64,000 nt of DNA, taken from the IMG/VR virus record IMGVR_UViG_3300023174_000062; one strand, written 5' to 3'. This stretch comes from a virus. Shown here piece by piece: positions 9,329-19,600 of this stretch. The notes below the pieces were generated by a model. The model made no database searches. It saw only the letters and a list, made by a program, of their open reading frames with translations, and was not told the DNA's origin. Made by a program: the position numbers and the translations under genes. Position 1 is the stretch's first letter; each line of letters starts with the position of its first letter.

Positions 9329-10379
9329 TACGCACTTTGGTGTCAGAAATGATTCCAAAGCGTTTCATGCTTACTATGAAAAATTTTATAATGAAACATT
9401 CTTTCCAGAACTAAAACATCGTGGCGTAAGAACAATCATTCAACTCGGTGATTTATTTGATAGACGCAAGTACATCAACTTTCATTCGCTGATGGAAAGT
9501 CGCAGATACTTCTTTGACAGATGCGTTGAAGAAGGCATTACTCTTCATGCATTGATTGGCAATCACGATATCTTTTGGAAAGAAAGTCTTGAAGTTAATT
9601 CTCCAGACTTGTTGTTGAGAGACTATCATAACATTGTGCTATGGCAGAAACCTGGCACGATTGAAATTGATGGAATCAAAATCGATATGATACCATGGAT
9701 TTGCAAAAGCAATGAAGAAGAAATTTATGAGTTTGTAAAGAACACATCTTCTCCGTTATGCATGGGTCACTTTGAACTTGCTGGCTTCCCATTGTTCCGT
9801 GGTGTAGATAGCCATGAAGGACTTGACTATAAGTTTCTAAGCAACTATAATCATGTATACAGCGGACACTATCATACACCATCACAGCACGACAACATCA
9901 CGTATGTTGGTGCGCCATATGAATTGTTTTGGAATGACTACAAAGATAAAAAGCATTTTGGTATTTTAGATACCGAAACAATGAAAACAACATTCGTAGA
10001 GAATCCTCATCGAATGTTCTATAAGATAAATTATGATGATAATCAATTAAAGATTGAAGATTTGAAAGACTTAGATTTTTCTAAGTATGCAAATGCTTAT
10101 GTGAAAGTTGTTGTTTTGAATAAACAGGATCCTTATCTATTTGAAAAGTTGATAGATGAGATTTATAAGTTTGGTCCTGTAGATGTTACGATTGTTGAAG
10201 ACTTTACTGCATCGAATGAAGAAACTGATAGTGATATTATTGACCAAGCGCAAGATACTATGACAATTCTTTCTTCGTTCATTGATTCGCAAGGCCTAAA
10301 TATTTCAGACATAAACAAACTTAAAACATTAATGCGTGAACTTTATGTCGAAGCATTGAGTACCGAAAATTTAGAATAA
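9306..10379 (+). CDS. gp47: recombination nuclease subunit (Mre11/SbcD-like)
   Basis: GDTHFG, LGDLFDRRK, GNHD, GHFE, SGHYH. Confidence 0.96.
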   Translation: MRICLLGDTHFGVRNDSKAFHAYYEKFYNETFFPELKHRGVRTIIQLGDLFDRRKYINFHSLMESRRYFFDRCVEEGITLHALIGNHDIFWKESLEVNSPDLLLRDYHNIVLWQKPGTIEIDGIKIDMIPWICKSNEEEIYEFVKNTSSPLCMGHFELAGFPLFRGVDSHEGLDYKFLSNYNHVYSGHYHTPSQHDNITYVGAPYELFWNDYKDKKHFGILDTETMKTTFVENPHRMFYKINYDDNQLKIEDLKDLDFSKYANAYVKVVVLNKQDPYLFEKLIDEIYKFGPVDVTIVEDFTASNEETDSDIIDQAQDTMTILSSFIDSQGLNISDINKLKTLMRELYVEALSTENLE

Positions 10380-10392
10380 AGGATGGTAAAAT

Positions 10393-11037
10393 ATGAGTAA
10401 TTATAGCGGTGTGGTAAATCGACCACAAATTAGAGCCAACAGAATTTCTCCTTGGCTTTGGTGGGATGATGCATTTACTGATGATGAATTGAATCAGATA
10501 TGCGAACTGTCTTCTAAGAATTTAGAAGAGGCTAAAGTCTTTATGCCAAATAAAGAAACACCAGGAGCACCTGATTTTCCAAAAGCATTGCCTGATAAGA
10601 GAACATCTGAAATTAGTTTTAATTATGTGGATGATGACAATCGTTGGATATTTGAAAGAATCAATGGAGTTATTAATCATGTAAATTTTTCAGAATTTCA
10701 TTTTGATCTAAATGGATATGAAATGTATCAGTATGCAGAGTACAAGGCAGAGAATTCTGGTCACTATGTTTGGCATTCTGATTTACACATGAATGACCAT
10801 CTAACTCCAACAATGAGAAAGTTGTCTATTAGTTTGGTATTGAATGAGCCTGGAGTTGATTATGAAGGTGGAGACTTTCAGTTTATGAGATCAACACCAG
10901 AAAATTTAGAGACAGTTGAGTTTAAAAAAGGAAGAATGATATTGTTCCCTTCTTGGTTAACTCATCGTGTTACTCCAGTAACTAAAGGTGTTAGAAAGTC
11001 TGCTGTTATTTGGGTTTTAGGACCAAAATTTAGATAA
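10393..11037 (+). CDS. 2OG-Fe(II) oxygenase (prolyl-hydroxylase-like)
   Basis: WHSD, RKLSISLVLN, YEGGDF, FPSWLTHRVTPVTKGVRKS. Confidence 0.92.
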   Translation: MSNYSGVVNRPQIRANRISPWLWWDDAFTDDELNQICELSSKNLEEAKVFMPNKETPGAPDFPKALPDKRTSEISFNYVDDDNRWIFERINGVINHVNFSEFHFDLNGYEMYQYAEYKAENSGHYVWHSDLHMNDHLTPTMRKLSISLVLNEPGVDYEGGDFQFMRSTPENLETVEFKKGRMILFPSWLTHRVTPVTKGVRKSAVIWVLGPKFR

Positions 11038-11045
11038 TTTTAAAG

Positions 11046-12758
11046 ATGATTATTTTTCGTAATTTGAAGTGGAAGAATTTCTTGTCAACAGGAAATTTTT
11101 TCACCGAGTTGAATTTAGATTCCAACAATACTACATTAATTGTTGGGTCTAATGGTTCAGGTAAGTCTACGATGCTTGATGCATTGTGCTTTGTGCTGTT
11201 CGGCAAACCATTTCGTAATATCAACAAAGGACAACTTGTCAACACAATCAATCAAAAAGATTGTACTGTTGAAATCGAATTCGACACAGGCAACAAGTCA
11301 TACAAAATCGTTCGTGGTATCAAACCAAACGTGTTTGAAATTTACTGCAATGGGCATCTAGTCAATCAAGATGCCGCAGTCAAAGACTATCAAGAACATC
11401 TAGAGAAATTCATTCTCAAACTCAACTACAAATCGTTTACTCAAATCGTTCTGTTGGGTTCAGCATCATTTACTCCATTCATGCAATTGTCTGCAAGCGA
11501 TAGACGTTCTATCATTGAAGACTTGTTGGACATTCAAATCTTCTCACGCATGAATAGTGTTCTCAAAGATAGATTTCTTTTGTTGAAAGAAAAACATTCG
11601 CAGTCAAAGTATGCAATAGACTTGAAAAGTGAAAAGATTCAGTATCAGATTCAGTTTATCGATTCGCTAAACAAGAACAATGCAACTCAAATTTTATCTA
11701 AACAACAAGACATTGCCAACACTCAATTACTGATTGCTGAGAGTGAAACTAAATGTGCGACAATACAAACAAGTCTGTCAGAAATGATTACACAAATTTC
11801 TGACAAATCTAAAGTCGATGCAAAGTTATCTAAGTTTAAAACTCTACAACAAAGTTTAGTAAAGACTCATAAAAAAATTGATACTGACATTGAGTTTTAT
11901 CATAACAATGATGATTGCCCTACATGCAAACAAACAATCGGTAATGAATATAAACTACACATTGTAGAAGAACGAAATAAAAAATTAGTTGAAGTTGATG
12001 ATGCATTGTCAAAAGTCAAAACTGAACTTGATGTTGTGAATGGTAGACTTACTGAGATTGAAACAATTGCCGAACAGATTCAAACATTGAATTCGCAGTT
12101 GACATTTGAACAGAGTGAGATTAGAGTTAATCAGAGACACATTGATAATATCAATAAAGAAATCGAAAGATTGAATTCTGTTAAAGATGATGTTACTGCT
12201 GAACAAGAAAAACTTGCAACGTTGAATGTGGAACTTGCAGAATTAGAATCTGAAATTAAAGTTATTGCCGAAGAACGATTATACTATGAAGTCGCAACAA
12301 ACTTATTAAAAGACACAGGTATCAAAACGAAAATCATTCGACAATATATACCAGTAATCAACAAGTTAGTTAATAAATATCTTGCGGCATTAGATTTCTT
12401 TGTGAACTTTAATTTGGATGAATCTTTCAAAGAAACAATTAAGTCTCGCCATCGTGATGACTTTACATATGCATCATTCAGCGAAGGTGAAAAGCAACGT
12501 ATTGATATGGCATTGATGTTGACATGGCGTGCTGTTGCTAAGTTGAAGAACTCGGCAAGCACAAACATATTGATACTTGATGAGATTTTTGATTCGTCAT
12601 TAGATACGAATGGTACAGAAGACTTAATGAAAATTCTAAACATGCTTGAAGGTTCTAATTTGTTTGTCATATCACACAAAGGTGATATTCTGCAAGACAA
12701 GTTTGCTAACGTGATTAGGTTTGAAAAGGTCAATAATTTTTCAAGGATAACAAAATGA
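11046..12758 (+). CDS. gp46: recombination ATPase subunit (Rad50/SbcC-like)
   Basis: KNFLSTGN, GSNGSGKST, CPTC zinc hook, FSEGEK, LILDEIFD, ISHK. Confidence 0.97.
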   Translation: MIIFRNLKWKNFLSTGNFFTELNLDSNNTTLIVGSNGSGKSTMLDALCFVLFGKPFRNINKGQLVNTINQKDCTVEIEFDTGNKSYKIVRGIKPNVFEIYCNGHLVNQDAAVKDYQEHLEKFILKLNYKSFTQIVLLGSASFTPFMQLSASDRRSIIEDLLDIQIFSRMNSVLKDRFLLLKEKHSQSKYAIDLKSEKIQYQIQFIDSLNKNNATQILSKQQDIANTQLLIAESETKCATIQTSLSEMITQISDKSKVDAKLSKFKTLQQSLVKTHKKIDTDIEFYHNNDDCPTCKQTIGNEYKLHIVEERNKKLVEVDDALSKVKTELDVVNGRLTEIETIAEQIQTLNSQLTFEQSEIRVNQRHIDNINKEIERLNSVKDDVTAEQEKLATLNVELAELESEIKVIAEERLYYEVATNLLKDTGIKTKIIRQYIPVINKLVNKYLAALDFFVNFNLDESFKETIKSRHRDDFTYASFSEGEKQRIDMALMLTWRAVAKLKNSASTNILILDEIFDSSLDTNGTEDLMKILNMLEGSNLFVISHKGDILQDKFANVIRFEKVNNFSRITK

Positions 12759-12943
12759 AAATATTGAGTGAATATTTTGGAGACGAAATTGATAGACATG
12801 CAGAAATATACTTTGATGAAAACTTTTTCAAAGTTAGGGTAAGAAACGAACTTGGTTCTTATTTTGTTGCATTTTTTAATAATCTTGATGAAGCAGAAAA
12901 CTTTGCAGAAAATTATGTAAGAGGAGAAACAAATGAACCTTGA
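12755..12943 (+). CDS. hypothetical protein
   Basis: ATGA overlap with gp46; upstream AAGGA. Confidence 0.6.
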   Translation: MKILSEYFGDEIDRHAEIYFDENFFKVRVRNELGSYFVAFFNNLDEAENFAENYVRGETNEP

Positions 12944-13436
12944 ATTCGTACCAGAAACATCATCAGTTCTTTTAAGTGAATGTGATGATTTTGATTTTAA
13001 TAATCCTCCATACGATCCCAAAGAACTCGCACAAGCGTTACACGATAAAATGGTAGAGAGTGATGGACTTGGATTATCAGCAAATCAAGTTGGAATTCCA
13101 TATCGTGTTTTTGTTATGAGGACAGGTGATGAACCTTTTGCAATTTTTAATCCTAAAATTGTAGACGTATCAGATAGAGAACTTGTAATGAAAGAAGGCT
13201 GTTTAAGTTTTCCATTATTGTATTTGAATGTTAAACGTCCAGATGGCGTTCGCATTCGCTATCAAAAAGAAGATGGAAGCACCACAACCGAAAAGTTTAT
13301 TGGTATGACTGCCAGAATTGCATTGCACGAATTTGACCACATGATTGGAAAAGTGTATACTCAAAAGGCTTCACAATTTGAAACTCAACGTGCATTACGT
13401 AAACGCATGATTCTAAAACGTAAGGTAAAAAAATGA
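12933..13436 (+). CDS. def: peptide deformylase
   Basis: GLGLSANQVG, EGCLSFP, HEFDH motifs. Confidence 0.95.
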   Translation: MNLEFVPETSSVLLSECDDFDFNNPPYDPKELAQALHDKMVESDGLGLSANQVGIPYRVFVMRTGDEPFAIFNPKIVDVSDRELVMKEGCLSFPLLYLNVKRPDGVRIRYQKEDGSTTTEKFIGMTARIALHEFDHMIGKVYTQKASQFETQRALRKRMILKRKVKK

Positions 13437-13792
13437 GTGAAGATATGGTAGCGATGCGAGACAAGTACTGGTGGGAACATTATCCGTTGCATCAATTGTG
13501 GTGTAATGATTTGTGTCCATTGGTACCACGATTTGAATATCGTAAAGGCGATGAATACAACGCAAATAACTGGTCGTTACATTGGTTGTTTCTTCATGTG
13601 TGGACGATGGAACATTTTTCATTTGGTCTAGACGCAGGTCTAAGTTTTGATGAAATCTATGTTGGTGCTATTGTTCCTTGGTTTCGTATTACATTTGGAA
13701 TTCGTCATGCACACTCACAATTAGGATGGAAAATTTCTAGAATGCTACGCAGGCGATCAGCACTAAAGAATGAAAACGGTGAATACAATTAA
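13433..13792 (+). CDS. hypothetical Trp-rich protein
   Basis: ATGA-coupled ORF. Confidence 0.6.
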   Translation: MSEDMVAMRDKYWWEHYPLHQLWCNDLCPLVPRFEYRKGDEYNANNWSLHWLFLHVWTMEHFSFGLDAGLSFDEIYVGAIVPWFRITFGIRHAHSQLGWKISRMLRRRSALKNENGEYN

Positions 13793-13800
13793 ATTGGGGG

Positions 13801-14265
13801 ATGAATATTATGAGTAACATGACACGACACGCAGAACACGAACTTGACATTATCGGAATGACTGATGATGATGAAATGAATGGAATGATGCGAAAGCATA
13901 TTCTTCACATGATAGAAGAGTTTGCCGAAGAAGGACATAGTGGATTCTCAGCAAGTTATGCCATTCAATGTTTAGAAAAACTTTTGCGCTTTGAACCTTT
14001 GTCTCCTTTACAGGGTACAGATGATGAATGGGAAGATGTAGCAAGTATAAACGGTTCGCCTACGTGGCAGAACAAAAGATGTAGTAGAGTATTTAAAGAT
14101 GAAACAGGCGCATATGATATTAATGGAAAAGTTTTCTGGGAATGGTATACAGATGAAAATGGTGAAAAATTCAAATCGTATTTCACCGGACGTGAAAGCA
14201 GAGTTTATGTTACATTCCCGTATGTACCTACAACTGTCTACGAAGAAAGCGTTGCAGAGTCGTGA
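13801..14265 (+). CDS. hypothetical phage protein
   Basis: Contiguous ORF containing GHSGFSA and QNKRCSRVFK. Confidence 0.65.
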   Translation: MNIMSNMTRHAEHELDIIGMTDDDEMNGMMRKHILHMIEEFAEEGHSGFSASYAIQCLEKLLRFEPLSPLQGTDDEWEDVASINGSPTWQNKRCSRVFKDETGAYDINGKVFWEWYTDENGEKFKSYFTGRESRVYVTFPYVPTTVYEESVAES

Positions 14266-14486
14266 AAAAGTATAATTGTTGGTGCTACAACTGCTTGGAC
14301 GAATTACAAGATCCGGTAACAATGTTGCCGCTGACAATGAACATGTTTATTGTATGTCCTAGTTGTGGAAATAAACGTTGCCCGAGAGCAACTTGGCATG
14401 GATTAGAATGTACAAATAGTAATGAACCTGGACAAGAAGGGAGTAGATATGGCAATAGCGCAGGCGTTCAATTTCAATCAAAATAA
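14262..14486 (+). CDS. small Cys-rich Zn-binding protein
   Basis: CWCYNC and CPSCGNKRCP..H..C. Confidence 0.6.
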   Translation: MKKYNCWCYNCLDELQDPVTMLPLTMNMFIVCPSCGNKRCPRATWHGLECTNSNEPGQEGSRYGNSAGVQFQSK

Positions 14487-14784
14487 TCCTACAGATTTTT
14501 TTCCCAACGCAGACATAAACATACACGAATATGCAATTCAAGGTAAGATGATTGTCGCATCGTGTAGGATTAGCAGTTCACAAACTATTGGAATGACAGC
14601 AGATGTTAAAGATAAAATCAGAACAGAATTGATTCATCAGATTGCAGATTACGTTCTACAAAACAACTTAGTAGAATTTACCCAAATTAAAGATCCGATA
14701 ACATTAGACTTACTTGTTAAGGCACGGTGTTTTATGGCACCAAATGACAATGTACAAATTTTAAGAAGCCTACATAAAGTATAA
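14449..14784 (+). CDS. hypothetical protein
   Basis: GGGAG SD before ATG 14449. Confidence 0.55.
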   Translation: MAIAQAFNFNQNNPTDFFPNADINIHEYAIQGKMIVASCRISSSQTIGMTADVKDKIRTELIHQIADYVLQNNLVEFTQIKDPITLDLLVKARCFMAPNDNVQILRSLHKV

Positions 14785-14798
14785 TAGTGGAGAATGAA

Positions 14799-15899
14799 AT
14801 GAAACCTTGGCAACATGGATACGATATAGACTATCTTAAAGGACTTGAAGCGCAGTATGCAGACTACAATGCATATACGTTATCTCCTTTTGCGAAGTAT
14901 AAGAAGAATAACATTGCTGAGTCTTTGAAAAAAGGAACTCTTGTTTTGCTTGGTGATGCAATGATTGATGTAACAGTAAACAAAGTTGCGTCAGACATTA
15001 CAATGCATGGCGACACAGTTATTGCAACAAAATTAAAAGGTGATGTTACAATTGGAAAATTAGTTGGTGATCTCAATGCTATTGAGAAACAAATCAATAC
15101 ATTGTCCGGATCAAACTTTTGGCTATATGTGTGGGCAGAAAACAAAACACATTGTGATTTAGCAGAACAATTAGGATTCTGTTATGTTGGTCCTAAGATT
15201 ACAACCTATGGTGAAGTCTATGCAATTTACTATAAAGGCACAGGCATACCAAGATCATTTCCTAAAGTTGATCCAGCAGAATATTTGAGTATTAAAAAAG
15301 TTGGAAATTTGAACTTAGATTTCATTCAAAAAGTTTATGATAAATTAAATAAACTTCCTGAATTTACAAATCACTACAGCAATTATAACAAAGATAAAGC
15401 ATGGTCTGCATTGTCTTTACGTGGTTACACTAGAGATCCAGCATTCATTACAAAACCATCTGAGATGAATGATAAATGGAAAGAAGAAAACAAAGATAAC
15501 GTGTTTGGTTTAATTGATACGCCATTGTATGAGATGTTTCCCGAAGTGCGTGAATTTGTTGAACAATTGGGTAAAGAAGTGCATCGTGTTCGATTTATGC
15601 GTTTGAAACCAGGTGGTGGAGAACTTGAACGACATACGGATCAAGTTGATTCTGATTCTGGTGGTTCGAAAGGAAAACTTGCACGTATTCATGTACCAAT
15701 TAAAACAAATGATGACGTTATATTTACTGTTTGGAATACCAGAGGTGTTGCTGAAAAGGTAAACATGAAAGTTGGTGAGTATTGGTTTTTAGACACACGC
15801 AAACCACACCAAGCAATCAATGGTGGAACTGAAGAAAGAATTCATTTAGTAATTGACGTAGTGTCAGAAGGAAATTTATATGAGTCGCTTGTATCCTGA
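14799..15899 (+). CDS. fusion of a GNAT-like N-domain and an Asp/Asn beta-hydroxylase-type 2OG-Fe(II) domain
   Basis: C-term RVRFMRLKPGG..HTD, RIHVPI, KPHQAIN, RIHLVID; N-term LYVWAEN...LAEQLGF resembles the GNAT C-terminal motif. Confidence 0.75.
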   Translation: MKPWQHGYDIDYLKGLEAQYADYNAYTLSPFAKYKKNNIAESLKKGTLVLLGDAMIDVTVNKVASDITMHGDTVIATKLKGDVTIGKLVGDLNAIEKQINTLSGSNFWLYVWAENKTHCDLAEQLGFCYVGPKITTYGEVYAIYYKGTGIPRSFPKVDPAEYLSIKKVGNLNLDFIQKVYDKLNKLPEFTNHYSNYNKDKAWSALSLRGYTRDPAFITKPSEMNDKWKEENKDNVFGLIDTPLYEMFPEVREFVEQLGKEVHRVRFMRLKPGGGELERHTDQVDSDSGGSKGKLARIHVPIKTNDDVIFTVWNTRGVAEKVNMKVGEYWFLDTRKPHQAINGGTEERIHLVIDVVSEGNLYESLVS

Positions 15900-16644
15900 A
15901 GATGTTTCTGATATAATCAAAGATTGGAAAGACCCAAACCCTGCACCAATAGTTGAAATGCACAATGGCTTTTATGTTGTACGTGATGACTTATTAGAGT
16001 ATGGAAGTAAAAGTCGATTTATTGACCATCTAGTAAAAACTACTGAGTGTGATGAATGGGTCTTTGGTGGCGCAAACAAAGTTGGTTGGGGTCCTATATC
16101 ATTAACGCATGTGTGCAATCTGTATGGAAAAAAAGCAACGTTCTTCATGGCTAAACGCAAAGAGCCTACGTGGCATCAGCAAAGAGTGCTTGACCTTGGG
16201 GGTACAATTCATTGGGTTGACAATGGTATGCTTACTGTGACAAAAGCAAAAGCAAGACGTTATCAAGAAGAAGACACAAAGCGCAGACAATGTTTGCCTT
16301 TAGGGTTAGAACATCCATCTGTGCTTGCATCGATTGTTAAAGTTGCAAGAGATTTGAAAATCAAACCAACAGAGATTTGGACTGTTGCATCAAGCGGAAC
16401 ATTGAATCGTGGATTGCAAATGGCATTTCCCGATGTGCCTGCGTATGCAGTAGAAATTGGACATAAGATGAGTGACTACGAAAAAGGTCGTGCTATCACT
16501 ATGCGTTCACCATATAAGTATGACCAAGTAGTTGAAGAGAGTCAAGCACCACCATATCCATCTGAGAAATACTACGATGCTAAACTTTGGCAGTTTGTAG
16601 TGAGTAGTGGGAAACCAGGCGCACTAATCTGGAATGTAGCGTAA
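15880..16644 (+). CDS. PLP-dependent enzyme, fold type II (ACC deaminase / D-cysteine desulfhydrase-like)
   Basis: VVRDDLL..GSKSR (Schiff-base Lys), VASSGT phosphate loop, YYDAK. Confidence 0.8.
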   Translation: MSRLYPEDVSDIIKDWKDPNPAPIVEMHNGFYVVRDDLLEYGSKSRFIDHLVKTTECDEWVFGGANKVGWGPISLTHVCNLYGKKATFFMAKRKEPTWHQQRVLDLGGTIHWVDNGMLTVTKAKARRYQEEDTKRRQCLPLGLEHPSVLASIVKVARDLKIKPTEIWTVASSGTLNRGLQMAFPDVPAYAVEIGHKMSDYEKGRAITMRSPYKYDQVVEESQAPPYPSEKYYDAKLWQFVVSSGKPGALIWNVA

Positions 16645-16667
16645 TCAATATTCAAAGGAGTCGAAAC

Positions 16668-16925
16668 ATGAGTACAGAAGAAGATAAATTTAAACATTCT
16701 AAACGAATCCTTAAAGATGAAAATGCAATACGAAAGCAATTGAAAATTGCAAAAGCATATAACATACCAGTTGAGAATCCACACGAACTTGCTAAACATC
16801 ATGCTATGAACTGTGGAAATCCTAATTGTGTGATGTGTGCAAATCCTAGAAAAGTATGGAAAGAAAAAACGATTCAAGAAAAACGTTTTGAACAGACTGA
16901 AAAGTACAAAGAAGAAAATGATTAA
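16668..16925 (+). CDS. small Zn-finger protein
   Basis: HHAMNCGNPNCVMCANPR; AAGGAG SD. Confidence 0.7.
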   Translation: MSTEEDKFKHSKRILKDENAIRKQLKIAKAYNIPVENPHELAKHHAMNCGNPNCVMCANPRKVWKEKTIQEKRFEQTEKYKEEND

Positions 16926-17379
16926 AGAGAAATATCTTGGCGCATACATGAAGACTGCAAGAGTCTTTGCTGAATTGAGTACTGCTAGACGTAAACAAGT
17001 TGGTGCGGTTGTCGTTAAAGATGATCGCATCATATCAATTGGTTACAATGGTATGCCAAGTGGATGGGATAATAATTGTGAAGACATGTTTATTATCCAA
17101 GATGAAATTTCTACTGGTGTGTACTCTCTAACCAAAAGAACAGAACTTAAAACAAAACCTGAAGTTCTCCATGCAGAGTCTAATGCAATTGCCAAACTAG
17201 CAAAGTCTACCGAGAGTGGTGATGGTGCAAGTATGTTTATTACTTGCGCTCCATGCATGGATTGTGCTAAAATGATATTTCAAAGCGGTATCAAAGAAGT
17301 ATTTTACGGTGAAGACTACCGTGATGATGCTGGTATTCGTTTCCTAAATAAATGCGGAATAACTGTAAAACAAATATAA
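16918..17379 (+). CDS. cd: dCMP deaminase
   Basis: VGAVVV, GYNGMPSG, HAESNA, APCMDC. Confidence 0.95.
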   Translation: MIKEKYLGAYMKTARVFAELSTARRKQVGAVVVKDDRIISIGYNGMPSGWDNNCEDMFIIQDEISTGVYSLTKRTELKTKPEVLHAESNAIAKLAKSTESGDGASMFITCAPCMDCAKMIFQSGIKEVFYGEDYRDDAGIRFLNKCGITVKQI

Positions 17380-17380
17380 T

Positions 17381-18955
17381 ATGACAAAACATTTTTATGA
17401 ACGTAATGATTGGTTGTTGAACCACGAAACAAACAAGACATTTGAAGAAGTGCAATGGATGACTGAAGACGAATTTCGTCAATGGTTCATCGATTTGCGT
17501 AAAGCAGTCGTACACTCATGGGACACTATGGGTCAGCCACCAAGAGTTGGTTGGGATGAAGATGCAATCAAAAAACAATTCAAAGAGATGTATGGATTTC
17601 CTGTGCATGAGTTTGAACACGTTGACGAATTGACTGGTGAGAAAGATGTAATTCGAAACACTAGCGTAGTTGGCAATGCGGCTAATCAATGGTTCCCGAC
17701 TATGATGAAGACACGCATTAACTATACGAAGAATGATGATGGGCTTTCAATCTATGACCACTTTCTAAAAGATGAATTGCTTGAGAAGACATTGAAGTAT
17801 TCCAAACGACACTTCAAGCGTGATTCGTTCTATGCATATTCAAATACAATTAAAGTCAATGAGATTATCAGCGTTGGTTCTTACAATGTCAAATTTAAGA
17901 ATGGCAATGACTTTGTTCGTTGGTTTGAAGACAACAACATTCGACAATATGGTTATGACTATTGGGTAGAGAGTCGTGACGATGACGAAGAGTATAGTGG
18001 CTACAATGAAAAACTTAAAGATGCAAAGTATCTTGAAGTGACACAAGATATTCTAGAGACAATTCCATCTAAGTCTACAATGAACATAAAGTCGCATGAC
18101 CAGAAGAAGTATCGTCTGCGTATGTACAAGTATGGACAAAAGATTTTTCCTGTCGGCTTAAAAGCATTCCGTGTATCGTGGTGCCAATATGCTGTTAACT
18201 TCCCACCATTGACTGCAAAACTACTTTATGAAAAATTTACTCGACACGTTAAGAACCAAGATAGAATTGTTGTTTACGATCCCTCTTCTGGTTGGGGTGG
18301 GCGTATTTTGGGTGCTATGGCTTCTCGCACTTCTCTTCCTTTACACTATGTGGGTACTGATCCTAATACCGATCACACTATTAATGGCGATGGCGGCACT
18401 ACTAGTACTAAATATGCCGACTTGGCTAATTTCTATAACTCCTCAAAGAACGAAGGAGTTTTGTTTGAACAGTCCAACACTTATGAAATTTTTCAACTTG
18501 GTTCAGAAGTTGTCAGAGATGATAGTTCGTTCCAAAAGTACAAGGGCGAATTAGACATGGTGTTCACTAGCCCTCCTTACTTTGCTAAGGAAGCGTATAG
18601 TGAAGATCCAACGCAATCGTATAAAAAGTTTACTGGCTATGATGCATGGCGTGAAGGCTTCTTACGTCCAACGCTAGAAACTGCTGTTGAGTATTTGCGT
18701 AATGACAGATATCTACTTTGGAATATTGCTGACGCTAAGTTTGGTGCTGACATGTTGCCACTTGAAAAAGATAGCAAAGACATTTTGGAATCACTCGGTA
18801 TGCAATTCAAAGGTGTCGTTAAAATGGCACTAGCACAAATGCCAGGCGGCAATCGTATTGACCCTGATACTGGTTTACCTAAAGCAAAAAACTTTTGCAA
18901 AGTAAACGGGATGTGGTTGAAGTATGAACCAATCTTTGTATTTTACAAGCCATGA
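17381..18955 (+). CDS. SAM-dependent amino (N4-C/N6-A) DNA methyltransferase-like protein with large N-terminal domain
   Basis: Motif I YDPSSGWGGR, then GTDPN, motif IV FTSPPYF. Confidence 0.8.
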   Translation: MTKHFYERNDWLLNHETNKTFEEVQWMTEDEFRQWFIDLRKAVVHSWDTMGQPPRVGWDEDAIKKQFKEMYGFPVHEFEHVDELTGEKDVIRNTSVVGNAANQWFPTMMKTRINYTKNDDGLSIYDHFLKDELLEKTLKYSKRHFKRDSFYAYSNTIKVNEIISVGSYNVKFKNGNDFVRWFEDNNIRQYGYDYWVESRDDDEEYSGYNEKLKDAKYLEVTQDILETIPSKSTMNIKSHDQKKYRLRMYKYGQKIFPVGLKAFRVSWCQYAVNFPPLTAKLLYEKFTRHVKNQDRIVVYDPSSGWGGRILGAMASRTSLPLHYVGTDPNTDHTINGDGGTTSTKYADLANFYNSSKNEGVLFEQSNTYEIFQLGSEVVRDDSSFQKYKGELDMVFTSPPYFAKEAYSEDPTQSYKKFTGYDAWREGFLRPTLETAVEYLRNDRYLLWNIADAKFGADMLPLEKDSKDILESLGMQFKGVVKMALAQMPGGNRIDPDTGLPKAKNFCKVNGMWLKYEPIFVFYKP

Positions 18956-19587
18956 TTTTCTCACATAAAACATTACGTAATTTTGGATATATGGAATTCA
19001 AATTTAATGAATTTGAATTGAAACCAATTCACGATGAAATTCGAGAAATTCAAAATGAGAATTTTACTAGACACCGTGCAGATGTTCAATTGGTTTCAAA
19101 TTTTGCAAATGAGTACACGCTACCAAAATGCCATGACTACGTTGAAAAACTTTTGAAACCATATGCTCTAGATTATTTTAGAAATTCTGAATTGTGGTCA
19201 AACAACTTAGTTACAGATGACCATGAAGTAAATACGAATATTAAGATGACTCCTTTATGGGTTAATTTTCAAAAGAAGTATGAATTTAATCCAATCCATA
19301 GGCATAGTGGAGTTCTTAGTTTTGTTATTTGGATTGATATTCCATATAGAAAAGAAGATGAGAAATATATAAAATCAGACAATTCGGTTGCGGCCGCACC
19401 TGGATGTTTTAGTTTTGTATATACTGATATTTTGGGTGGTGTAAAAACACATTGGATCCCAGCAGATTGCACTTACAACAATACGATGGTTCTTTTTCCT
19501 GCTGGACTAAATCATTGTGTATATCCATTTTACACTTCAGACAAGTATAGAATTTCTGTCGCAGGAAATTTCTCTCTTGCAATATAA
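18952..19587 (+). CDS. 2OG-Fe(II) oxygenase-like protein
   Basis: WVNFQKKYEFNPIHRH, FPAGLNHCVYPF, RISVAGN. Confidence 0.85.
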   Translation: MIFSHKTLRNFGYMEFKFNEFELKPIHDEIREIQNENFTRHRADVQLVSNFANEYTLPKCHDYVEKLLKPYALDYFRNSELWSNNLVTDDHEVNTNIKMTPLWVNFQKKYEFNPIHRHSGVLSFVIWIDIPYRKEDEKYIKSDNSVAAAPGCFSFVYTDILGGVKTHWIPADCTYNNTMVLFPAGLNHCVYPFYTSDKYRISVAGNFSLAI

Positions 19588-19600
19588 AGGAGAAAATAAT

